A stretch of 64,000 nt of DNA from Phycisphaerae bacterium (GTDB lineage: Bacteria > Planctomycetota > Phycisphaerae > UBA1845 > PWPN01), in assembly GCA_012719955.1 (NCBI GenBank), contig JAAXZI010000223.1, positions 500 through 64,499 of the forward strand, read 5' to 3'. Under the pieces are notes generated by a model that did no database searches, was not told the DNA's origin, and saw nothing but the letters and a program-made list of their open reading frames with translations. The position numbers and the translations under genes were made by a program. This document shows positions 21,130 through 29,754 of this stretch, piece after piece; position 1 is the stretch's first letter, and every line of letters begins with the position of its first letter.

Positions 21130-21880
21130 GCCCCTGGGTTGTTGCCAGGGCCGTGGAGCGCCGTGCCGCCTGATCACTCGGTCAGGCCAGGCGCTGGCGA
21201 TACGCTACCGCGTAGTCAGGCGGGGCGACGGACCACGGCAATATGGACGAGAGGCAGCGCTCTACCGGAGTGCTGCCTTTTGTTTTTTGGGGCAAGAGGC
21301 TGAGCTTCGCGCGCGGTTGCGCGAAAAAGCACACGTCGGCCGTACCCAGCGCTGGTGGCGGTGCCGGCCAGGATAGGTCCGGATTACCATCAAGCTCAAA
21401 GCGTCGGGCGCGCTGGTGAAGATGGTTGTTTATCGGGCGACTGCCCGAATGACGGCCTGGACGCATGTGCATGGAGCATCATTGCTGAAGGTCTTGTGGC
21501 CGGAAGGCAATGGACGCTCAGGCGGGGCAGCTCAGGGTTTTTGCGGCCTCGGGGGATGGTGACAGGCGGCTGAGGCAAGCGTTGGCCGCTGGTCCCGCGA
21601 GGCTGGCAGGGGGGCGGTCGAGAATAGATCGAATTGGAAGTGACACTGGCATCGGGTGTTGTTGCGGCACGGGATCGGCCGGCACCCGGGCGTTACACCG
21701 AAACGGCCGATACGGAGCCCGGGCACTGCAGTTCGATATGCGACCCGGTCGAAGCCGGGCCGTTACAGTTCGATATGTGACCTGTTCGGGACCCGGTCGC
21801 TTCGGGGTGGTGGGAATGGCCGGCACGAAGCCGTATGGGCTTGGCCTGGCCGGTGGGGAACTTTGCTCTTTGGCTCATGA

Positions 21881-21980
21881 GGCGGGCAGGATGCCTGCCC
21901 CCCGGCAGCGGCGGCCGGCTGTGCCGGAGGGCGGGCAAGATGCCACCTGAATTCCTCGGAGGGCGGGCATCTTGCCCGCC
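21881..21980. repeat. Cluster of three GGCGGGCA-RGA-TGCCCGCC REP-like elements
   Basis: Copies at 21881 (+), 21929 (+) and 21961 (-); the last two form an inverted pair. Confidence 0.75.
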
Positions 21981-22192
21981 TGAGTCTGATCCGCCGAGAA
22001 ACCGGTACGGAAAACGGTGCTAGACTCCTTATAGCGTTCGTCGGCGGAGGGTGTTGCCAAGACAAATGACCGGCCGTATACTTGGCCCACTGTTGAGGTC
22101 ACAATCCGCCGGCTGCGACGTGCTCCGGAGAGATGCGGGAGCGCATCAGGTTCTGGCAGACCAGCGGGAGACACCATGGTGGAGGTCCTCAT

Positions 22193-22555
22193 ATGACGCG
22201 GCGACAACGCGGCTGGATCTGGTTGGCGACCATTTGTGGCGGCGTGACCCTTTATCAGGGCATCGGAACGACGACGGGTTATCTGCCGGTCTACGGCGGT
22301 GTGATCGGCGGGCAACGGGGGAACAGTTGTGGCCGGTTCGCTTCCAACGGGCTGGTCAGCAGCATCGATTTCTGCTTCCTGCTCGATTGCGAGAACGGTT
22401 TCTTCGGCGGGGTGATTGATCCCTGCGGAAACGCGGGCACGGCCGGCGATCTCCTCGTCGACTGCGTCAACGTGCCGGGCCCTGTTGCCACCACGGAAAA
22501 CGACACCACAAATACCGGAACGGGCACGAACACAAACACAAATACCGGTTTTTGA
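22193..22555 (+). CDS. Exported Cys-rich small protein with Thr/Asn tail (array member 5, 120 aa)
   Basis: ATG 22193 behind GGAGGT; MTRRQRGWIWLATICGGVTLYQ...GNSC...C...C...C...C...NTGTGTNTNTNTGF. Confidence 0.7.
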   Translation: MTRRQRGWIWLATICGGVTLYQGIGTTTGYLPVYGGVIGGQRGNSCGRFASNGLVSSIDFCFLLDCENGFFGGVIDPCGNAGTAGDLLVDCVNVPGPVATTENDTTNTGTGTNTNTNTGF

Positions 22556-22673
22556 GGGATGGGAAGGCTGAACAATCAAACGCGGTTTGACGCAGCCCTT
22601 GGAGCGGGGGGCATCGGCTGACCACGGGCGTCGATGCGAACCGATGGCCCCACACGCGAGACACGAGGCTTTC

Positions 22674-23048
22674 ATGAAAACGACAACCAAATGGCGAACC
22701 GGGCTCCAGATCCTGCTGGCCACTTCCCTCTGCGGATCGGTCTTTCAGATTGGCAGTTGCTTGAGTGCTCTCGGGCGGAACTTCAATCCATGTGGGACCA
22801 TTCTCACGTGCGATCCGGCCGAGTTCGATCTGCTCACTATCGATCCCCTGGAGCCGGATTACGACTTTAACCCCACCTGTGTGATTCCCGGCCTGTTCAA
22901 CTGCACGACCCCGATTTCGGTGGGAGGCGCCACTTCCAGCACTGACACGACCACTACCAGCGGCTTGACGAGTACCACGACAACGACATCCACGAACCGC
23001 ACCAACACGACCGGAACGCGTGGTCAACTGCAGAGCGGGTTCTTCTAA
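22674..23048 (+). CDS. Exported Cys-rich small protein with Thr-rich tail (array member 6, 124 aa)
   Basis: ATG 22674 behind GAGG; MKTTTKWRTGLQILLATSLCGSVFQIGSC...four more Cys...TTTTSG...QSGFF. Confidence 0.7.
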   Translation: MKTTTKWRTGLQILLATSLCGSVFQIGSCLSALGRNFNPCGTILTCDPAEFDLLTIDPLEPDYDFNPTCVIPGLFNCTTPISVGGATSSTDTTTTSGLTSTTTTTSTNRTNTTGTRGQLQSGFF

Positions 23049-23091
23049 AACTTGACTGTTCAATCGTTTTTTCACGGATGAGGCTTTAACC

Positions 23092-23253
23092 ATGCGTCGA
23101 TGGTATCGTGTTCGACAAGTGCTGCTGGTTGTCCTGAGTGGGGGCATGCTCCTGCAGACCACCGCCGGTTGTGAGGAGCTGCTGGCCCCGATCATCGCCA
23201 ATGTGGTCAGCTCCCTGGTGCTGAACGCCTTGCTTGGCGGTTTGGCCTTTTGA
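23092..23253 (+). CDS. Small putative lipopeptide precursor 7 (53 aa)
   Basis: MRRWYRVRQVLLVVLSGGMLLQTTAGCEELLAPIIANVVSSLVLNALLGGLAF; GAGG SD. Confidence 0.68.
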   Translation: MRRWYRVRQVLLVVLSGGMLLQTTAGCEELLAPIIANVVSSLVLNALLGGLAF

Positions 23254-23635
23254 CCCGGCCGTCAGGCCGCTGATCAAAACCGGCTTCTCCCTGGCCCTGC
23301 GAGTACTGGTATGGCCGTAGCTCGTGGGAGATTCTCCAGACCGGCTCGATTCTGCTTTTCTTGGGGGAGAGGTCGTTTTTGCCTGGTTGTTAAAGTATTT
23401 ATTTAAGCCAGCTTCCGGCGTACCCATTCTGTTTTTGGTCTTTTGACCTTGATCGATGAGCGGTCTATCATCTTCAGTGATGCAAGCCACCGGTCAGTTC
23501 ACATAGAAGAGGTGCTGCAGCACATCGGTTGGCTGGTCGCCCTTCGAGCCCGCCATCCACCAGCGGCAGAACCCGAAGGGGAGAAGAGGGCGTGTTGGGA
23601 TCGATCAGCTTTTGCAGCGAGGTGTGCCAACAGCC

Positions 23636-24322
23636 ATGACTCTCAGTTATTCCCATGGTCGGGAATTCATCGAGCAGGTTCGTCCGATCCTGGAACGGAG
23701 AGACACCGAGGCCTTCGTCAGGCATCTCGATCAATTTTGGCCCCCAAACGCTTTACGCGGCTTATTGCAGTGTGGACATCAGGACGCCGCGTATGCCGCG
23801 CTCGCCGGGTTGGCACTGGTCGGATCAATGGAGCATTGCCCCTTCATTGCCGGCCTGCTGCATGACGACGATGGGCTCACCGCTGATCTTGCCGAACACG
23901 CGTTGTGGTGCATCTGGTTCCGGGCGGGCGGGCCCGAACCCAACCAGCAGGTGGCTCTGGCGGTAAGACTCATCAGCCGGGGGGAGCTGGATGCCGCCCA
24001 CGAATGCATCGCCCGCGTGCTCGCCACCCATCCCAGTTTCGCCGAAGCTTACCACCAGATGGCTCTGGTTCACTTCCTCCGGGGGGATTACGTTCAAGCC
24101 ATCAGTTTCTGCCAGGCCACGCTACTGCTGAACGCGTGGCACTTCGGGGCCGTGGCCCTCATGGGTCACTGCTATGCGTCCAGCGCTCAATTTGAGCAGG
24201 CCTGTGCCGCTTACCAACGGGCCCTGCAGTTGCATCCGCGCTTGCAGGGCGTGCGTCAAGCCATCCATCAGATCCGCGCCGCGGCCTGTCCGAATTCCGT
24301 GAATACATTCACAAAGTTTTAA
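23636..24322 (+). CDS. HEAT/TPR repeat protein
   Basis: AEHALWCIWFR segment followed by TPRs (HPSFAEAYHQMALVHF, WHFGAVALMGHCY, AYQRALQLHP). Confidence 0.8.
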   Translation: MTLSYSHGREFIEQVRPILERRDTEAFVRHLDQFWPPNALRGLLQCGHQDAAYAALAGLALVGSMEHCPFIAGLLHDDDGLTADLAEHALWCIWFRAGGPEPNQQVALAVRLISRGELDAAHECIARVLATHPSFAEAYHQMALVHFLRGDYVQAISFCQATLLLNAWHFGAVALMGHCYASSAQFEQACAAYQRALQLHPRLQGVRQAIHQIRAAACPNSVNTFTKF

Positions 24323-24540
24323 ACTGCAAGGACTTGCATTCTCTCCGCCGGCGCTGCATGATATCGTGTGGGCTGGCTTGGATCGAATCCTCTCTGACCA
24401 GGCACTTGTGCGGACGCGTCCGCCCGGATGGCGGCATCGCGGATGCGGTCGGCCTGTTGGGGCCTCGGCATCACTGCCGCAGGTGCTGTACCGAATCTGC
24501 CCATCTTTACCAGTTGTCTACTCGGTTGCAGGAGTATGCC

Positions 24541-24978
24541 ATGACAGTGGTCAGGGACATTCTGGAACGTAAGAACCGGAAGACGGTGACCGTGATCCCG
24601 GAGGACACCGTGCTGCGCGCCGCCCAGTTGATGAACGAGGCGCGAATCGGTTCCGTGGTGGTCGTCGATTCCAACGGGAGCGTTGTGGGTATCTTTACCG
24701 AACGCGACATCCTCCGCCGGGTGGTTTGCGAGTGCCGATCGCCGGCCAACACCCGTGTGGGTGAAGTCATGACCCATCCTGTCACCTGCTGCAAGTCCGA
24801 TACTTCCCTGGCGGAATGCCGAAGTGTCATGACCACCAAGCGGCTCCGTCATCTGCCAGTGGTTGAAAACGGCGAGCTGGTGGGCATGGTTTCCATCGGC
24901 GATATTCTGGCCTGGGAGGTGGAAATGCAGCAATCCACCCTCGAGTACTTCAATGAGTACCTGCACGGCCGGGTTTAG
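24541..24978 (+). CDS. CBS-domain pair protein
   Basis: AGGAG SD; VRDIL, VGIFTERDIL, LRHLPVVENGELVGMVSIGD. Confidence 0.92.
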   Translation: MTVVRDILERKNRKTVTVIPEDTVLRAAQLMNEARIGSVVVVDSNGSVVGIFTERDILRRVVCECRSPANTRVGEVMTHPVTCCKSDTSLAECRSVMTTKRLRHLPVVENGELVGMVSIGDILAWEVEMQQSTLEYFNEYLHGRV

Positions 24979-25202
24979 GTCGCCTGAGGGCGACGAATGG
25001 CCAGGAAAACCAAACCTGAGTTGACCCACTTGGGCGCACGCGGCGCGGCCGATCGAGCGAATATCGCCGCACGGGACCGCAGAACCCGGCATCACACCAT
25101 CCTCCGCGGACGGCGGTAAGCCGTTGCGCCCGGAATAACACCCACCCACGAGGCCGGATTCAGGGCTCATCGAACAGGCGCTCCGTATGGCCGAGGCCCA
25201 GC

Positions 25203-25248
25203 TTGACATGCAGGATGGGCGGTATTACGATCCGTCCGTTCGTAATAC
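25203..25248 (+). promoter_or_regulatory. Sigma70-like promoter overlapped by a NikR-like palindrome
   Basis: TTGACA(25203)-17 bp-TACGAT(25226); GTATTAC-N13-GTAATAC at 25222-25248 covers the -10 and start region. Confidence 0.7.
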
Positions 25249-25460
25249 TTCCCGCGTGGTAATCGGGTGACGGCTGCGCTCAAGAGCAGGTACGAGAGAA
25301 TCAGTCGGTAGCCGGGTGGTAGGGGGCGCAGGCCAGATCAGCATCCCCAGGGCGCATTCCAGTGATCCTGCCGTCGGCTCCGAGCCTCACCCGCTTGCGG
25401 GCCGGAGCCAGCTTGATGTGTCTGAGCCGATGAATCAGCGGGTCTTGCGGAGGTCATTGC

Positions 25461-25991
25461 GTGGAGTTCTATCATTCTCAAGCGGCTGATCCGGACTGGC
25501 TCAGGCGGGCCAGCGAGTTTCATGGGCATCTGGGGCCTTGGCTGGTGATCGGTTCGCTGCTGGGCCAGGATGCCGTCACCCGGCTTCAAACGCCGGGGCA
25601 GTGGAAGATTGACGTCACCTGCTGGATGCCGCCTGATAAGCAGCGGACGCCCTTCTCCTGTATCCTCGACGGTTTGCAGGTCTCTTCGGGAGCCACGTTG
25701 GGTAAGCAGAACATTCGTTTTGATTACCTGCCGGCCATCCTGGAGAAGGGCTGGCCGGTGGTGCAGGTTATTCGGCTGGCTGAGGCCGAGCGTCCCGCGG
25801 CGGGTTGCGAGTATCGCCTCAGCAGCCGGCTGTACGAACTGCTCGAGCGCGTGGTCCCCGAACGCCTGGAAGAACACTCGCGGCAACTGGCCCGTGAACG
25901 GGCTGACGCGTTGTTCATCGTCCGGTCGATGACCGGGGAGGAGATTGCCGAGACTCTCCAGCGCGGGCGCGGCTCGCAGGCGAAGACGTGA
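25461..25991 (+). CDS. FmdE (formylmethanofuran dehydrogenase subunit E)-family protein
   Basis: FHGHLGP and SCILDGLQVSSGATLGK motifs; GGAGG SD before GTG. Confidence 0.82.
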   Translation: MEFYHSQAADPDWLRRASEFHGHLGPWLVIGSLLGQDAVTRLQTPGQWKIDVTCWMPPDKQRTPFSCILDGLQVSSGATLGKQNIRFDYLPAILEKGWPVVQVIRLAEAERPAAGCEYRLSSRLYELLERVVPERLEEHSRQLARERADALFIVRSMTGEEIAETLQRGRGSQAKT

Positions 25992-26869
25992 TGAGGCAGG
26001 TGTATTCTCATTCCTGGTGGCATCTGCTTGCCTGGCTATGTGTGCCGCTGACTTGGATCGTGGCCACGGCAGGTTGCCAGCGATCGCAGACGGCTGCACA
26101 GGGGCAGGCGCAGTCCGGGGCCGTCGCCCGGGTGGCCGCCAGCAACTCCTACCTGGAAGCGATGGTTCTCGATTTGCTCGGGCCCGATACCGGCATTGTG
26201 CGCCTGGCTGAACCCGGTACCTGCCCAGGGCATTTTGACATCCGGCCCAGCCAGATGACCGCGCTGCGGAATTGCCGGGTGTTGCTGCGCTTCGATTTCC
26301 AAAGATCCCTGGATGCCAAGCTCTCCGGCGTGGCGAGTGAAGGGCTGACCATCGTGGAGGTGAAGGTGCCCGGTGGCATGTGCGAGCCGGACAGCTACCT
26401 GGCCGCGGGCGAACAGGTGAAGGATGGGCTGGTGTCGGCGGGCCTGATCGACCAGGCGTCCGCGGACCAGCGAATGCAGTCTATCCGGGCACGTCTCGCG
26501 GAGACGGCCGCGCGGTGCCAAAGGCAGGTGAAAGAGGCCGGGCTGGCGGAGAAAGCGGTGCTTACCAGCAACCATCAGGCAGCGTTCTGTCGCTGGCTCG
26601 GGCTGCAGGTGGCGGCCACTTTCAGCGGGGCCGACGTGGCTTCCGTCGAGCAGGTTCAGACGGCGATCCGAGGGGGCGAACAGGCCGGGGTGATCGGGGT
26701 GGTAGCCAACCTGCCGGAGGGCCGGCGCGTGGCCGATGCTCTGGCCAAACGGCTGAACGCCAAGGTGGTGGTTTTCGGCAACTTTCCGCAGATACAAGGC
26801 GATGGGCCGGCTTTCGATGCCCTTATCCTCGGCAACGTCGCGGAACTTGTGAAAGTCCTCCAGCCATGA
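25988..26869 (+). CDS. Metal ABC transporter substrate-binding lipoprotein (ZnuA/TroA fold, atypical ligands)
   Basis: TAGC lipobox; GTCPGHFDIRP in place of GxDPHxYEP; overlaps FmdE stop. Confidence 0.8.
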   Translation: MMRQVYSHSWWHLLAWLCVPLTWIVATAGCQRSQTAAQGQAQSGAVARVAASNSYLEAMVLDLLGPDTGIVRLAEPGTCPGHFDIRPSQMTALRNCRVLLRFDFQRSLDAKLSGVASEGLTIVEVKVPGGMCEPDSYLAAGEQVKDGLVSAGLIDQASADQRMQSIRARLAETAARCQRQVKEAGLAEKAVLTSNHQAAFCRWLGLQVAATFSGADVASVEQVQTAIRGGEQAGVIGVVANLPEGRRVADALAKRLNAKVVVFGNFPQIQGDGPAFDALILGNVAELVKVLQP

Positions 26870-27669
26870 GCGAGGAAATCATCAGTATCAGCGACCTCTG
26901 TGTCCGGGCGGGCCGCCGAAAGGTTCTCGCGCTTCAGAATCTCTCTATCCAGCGGGGTGAGTTTGTCGGTATCCTCGGGCCCAACGGGGCGGGTAAGAGC
27001 ACCCTGTTGAAGGCCTGCCTGGGATTGCAGCGGGGCGTCTCCGGTCACATCTCGGTCTTCGGCCATGCGCTGGCGGACTTAGGTTTCCGAGAACTGGCCT
27101 TGCTGCGGCGCCGGATCGGTTATATCCCCCAATTGCTGCCCGGCCGGATGGAAATGCCCCTCACCGTCCGCGAAGTAGTCGCGATGGGCCGCACTGCCCA
27201 TGCGGGCCTGCTGCGTTCCCTGACGCGCCAGGATCACCGGTTGGTGGACGAGTGGATCGAGCGGCTGGGGTTGAGTGACCTGGCCGGGCAGACCTACGGG
27301 GCGATATCCGGCGGCGAACAACGCAGGACCCTGATCGCCAGGGCAATGGTGCAGGAGCCGGAGCTGCTTCTGCTGGATGAACCCACAGCCAATCTCGACC
27401 TGGGCGGGCGCGAGCGGCTGGTGTCAATCGTGGAGGAACTGTATCGGCAGAACAGCCTGACTGTACTGCTGGTGTGCCATGAGTTGGAGGTGTTGCCCGC
27501 CTGCTGTGGCCGACTCATTTTGCTGGGGGACGGACAATTGACGGCCGATGGCAGTCCCGACCAGGTCTTGTCCGAGCGGCGGGTCGAATCACTCTATGGG
27601 CCGAGCTTGACCGTGTTGTGTCGGCAGGGCCGCTACGCCATTGTCCCCGCGGTGCTGTCTCATGCTTGA
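26866..27669 (+). CDS. Metal ABC transporter ATP-binding protein
   Basis: ATG overlaps SBP stop; GPNGAGKST, ISGGE, LLLLDEPT, H-loop VCHE. Confidence 0.93.
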   Translation: MSEEIISISDLCVRAGRRKVLALQNLSIQRGEFVGILGPNGAGKSTLLKACLGLQRGVSGHISVFGHALADLGFRELALLRRRIGYIPQLLPGRMEMPLTVREVVAMGRTAHAGLLRSLTRQDHRLVDEWIERLGLSDLAGQTYGAISGGEQRRTLIARAMVQEPELLLLDEPTANLDLGGRERLVSIVEELYRQNSLTVLLVCHELEVLPACCGRLILLGDGQLTADGSPDQVLSERRVESLYGPSLTVLCRQGRYAIVPAVLSHA

Positions 27670-28480
27670 CCTGACCTTCTGGATGCCGGTGATGGCGGGC
27701 GGGCTGGTGGCCGGGGGCTCCAGCGGGTTGCTCAGCGTCTACATTGTCGGGATGCGCATCCCGTTCCTGGGTGTTTGCGTGGCCCATGCCGCTCTGGCCG
27801 GGGCTGTTTTCGGGTCCCTGGCGGGCCTGACCGGGCCAGCCCTGCTGGGAGCCGCTCTGGTGGCGGCGATGATTGCATCTTTGGCCCTGGGTTTGGCCGA
27901 TCCCCAACGACTGAATGCGGACACCAACGCGCTCATGGGCCTGCTCTTCTCTGCCACGATGGGGCTGGCCTTCATCGGGATGGGCCTGTTCCCGATGCTG
28001 GGACGCAGCGACAACGACGTTCGCAGCCTCCTGTGGGGCAGTCTCAACTTCTGCCGGTGGGAGGATGTTGGGCTCATGCTCGCGGCCTTCGCTGCCTTGG
28101 CGGCTTTCGTCGGGCTGTTCGGTAAGGAGATGCGGGCGATCATGTTTTCCCGGCAGGATGCAACGGCAGCGGGGATCCATGCCACGTTCGTGTGGACCGG
28201 GTTCCTGGTTCTGACGGCGGTAGTCATGGCCGTCAACTTCCAGACGGTCGGCGGCTTGATGATCTACAGCCTCATCAGCAACCCCGCCCTCGCGGCTTTC
28301 CAACTGGTCCGGGGCAGCGGGAAGGCCCTGATCCTCGCGTCCATCCTGGGCGCGACCAGTGGCCTGGGCGGCTTTCTGATTTCAGCGGCCACGGACCTGC
28401 CCAGCGGGGCGGTCATTGTTCTGCTCTCGTCCGTCTTGGCCGTGGCAGCTATGGCCGTGGGGCGTCTGCGGCGGCTTTGA
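27662..28480 (+). CDS. Metal ABC transporter permease (ZnuB-like)
   Basis: VAHAALAG, LLWGSL, QTVGGLMIYSL, DLPSGAVIVL. Confidence 0.9.
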   Translation: MLDLTFWMPVMAGGLVAGGSSGLLSVYIVGMRIPFLGVCVAHAALAGAVFGSLAGLTGPALLGAALVAAMIASLALGLADPQRLNADTNALMGLLFSATMGLAFIGMGLFPMLGRSDNDVRSLLWGSLNFCRWEDVGLMLAAFAALAAFVGLFGKEMRAIMFSRQDATAAGIHATFVWTGFLVLTAVVMAVNFQTVGGLMIYSLISNPALAAFQLVRGSGKALILASILGATSGLGGFLISAATDLPSGAVIVLLSSVLAVAAMAVGRLRRL

Positions 28481-28544
28481 CGGAATTGCGCACCATGGTC
28501 CGGCATCCGTTGGGGCCAACGTCGCCGGTCCGCTGTCTCCAGTC

Positions 28545-29297
28545 TTAGCCGGCCCCGTGCATGGTCTTCACCAGCAGCACGACCCCTTTGGCCAGCAGGC
28601 TGATCATCAGCAGCAGCAACAGCACCGCCACGCTGAAAATCACCAGCGGCCAGGCCGTGTCGAGCAGGCCGGCCGTCGATTCGGCTATCTGGCCGATGAT
28701 GAAGGCGAACAGGCCGGTGAGCAGAATGGCCCCGATGGAGCCGCGCAGGTTGCCCGTCAGCGGCGCCATCCGCACCGTCAGGCAGACGGCCAGGTAGAGG
28801 AACAACCATGTCCGCCAGTCACGATAATCGCTGGCCCCAATGGCGTTGACCAGCCGTTGGACTAGGCTGATGGAGCTGCGAATGATCTCAAAAAAGAGGG
28901 TCAGCGTGGTGGGCAGCCCGAGTCGCTGGGGGCCCGGCTCGGCCATGCTGGCCAACACCGGGGCGCCAAAGTAACGCGAAACCCAGTAGATGGCGGCCGC
29001 ACAGCCCGCCAGTGGAAGCAAGGCCACGATAATCGATCCGATGACCGGCAGGCGCGACTCGGTCTCCGCAGGCGTCTGCGGTGCTCCGGAATCGTCGTCC
29101 TTAATCAACGAGGTATTGTTGACCGTCCCGCCGGTGAGCAGCAGCCCGAGAATGTATCCGAGCTGGGCCACGAGCGTACCCGGCAACAGCAACGAGTTGA
29201 CCACCTTCGGCTGGACCATGGAACTCCAGAGCGAGTGCACGCCCAGGGCCGAAAAGACCACTACCAGCAGCCAGAAGGTAAAAGCGGCATATTCCAT
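28545..29297 (-). CDS. Hypothetical multi-pass membrane protein (M50B-like fold, no HExxH)
   Basis: About 6 hydrophobic segments; LLPGTLVAQLGY where M50-like proteins have PGxxxHELxH. Family call is inference. Confidence 0.55.
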   Translation of the reverse strand: MEYAAFTFWLLVVVFSALGVHSLWSSMVQPKVVNSLLLPGTLVAQLGYILGLLLTGGTVNNTSLIKDDDSGAPQTPAETESRLPVIGSIIVALLPLAGCAAAIYWVSRYFGAPVLASMAEPGPQRLGLPTTLTLFFEIIRSSISLVQRLVNAIGASDYRDWRTWLFLYLAVCLTVRMAPLTGNLRGSIGAILLTGLFAFIIGQIAESTAGLLDTAWPLVIFSVAVLLLLLMISLLAKGVVLLVKTMHGAG

Positions 29298-29719
29298 TGC
29301 AACCGTCTCCCTACGAAACAGCACTACGGTTATCGGCCGAAACCCCCTTCATGTCTGAGAAACATGAAGAGACCGGCAACCAGATTTACCGGCCATGACC
29401 AAAGCGCGGGAGTGCCGGCGACAGAGTATGGATCTTCTCGTTGCTTCCAGTTGGAGTGTTGCGTGCTTCTGCAGCGGATGGGCGGGGCCGTGGTTATGGC
29501 CGGATGACCGGCCGTTGTGGTCCGAAGGCGCGCGCAACTGCGGAACTGGAAAGGGCGTCAGTCGCAACCTGCGCCGCTTTGCGTGCTGCTCTATGGATGT
29601 TTCATCGTGGCGTCTGAGGCCGCTGTTGCGTGCATAGACGCGAGATAAAAGCCTTCTTATAAGCCTTTCGTACTGAAGAGCTGGATCCCGCTGAAAACCG
29701 CGAAAAAACTGGATTTTTG

Positions 29720-29748
29720 TTGCCGGATCTGCCGTTTTAGAGTATATT
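29720..29748 (+). promoter_or_regulatory. Sigma70-like promoter with no convincing downstream CDS
   Basis: TTGCCG-17 bp-TATATT. Confidence 0.5.
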
Positions 29749-29754
29749 GATGGT

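Noticed and set aside
21729-21782. Possible mini-CRISPR
   Set aside because: Only two 17-bp repeats with a 20-bp spacer and no cas genes; too short for a CRISPR.
25250-25460. Cobalamin or other riboswitch in the ~200-nt leader of the metal ABC operon
   Set aside because: No AGGGAA/GCCCCCGCNACTG B12 core found; the promoter-overlapping DNA dyad explains regulation better. A cmscan would settle it.
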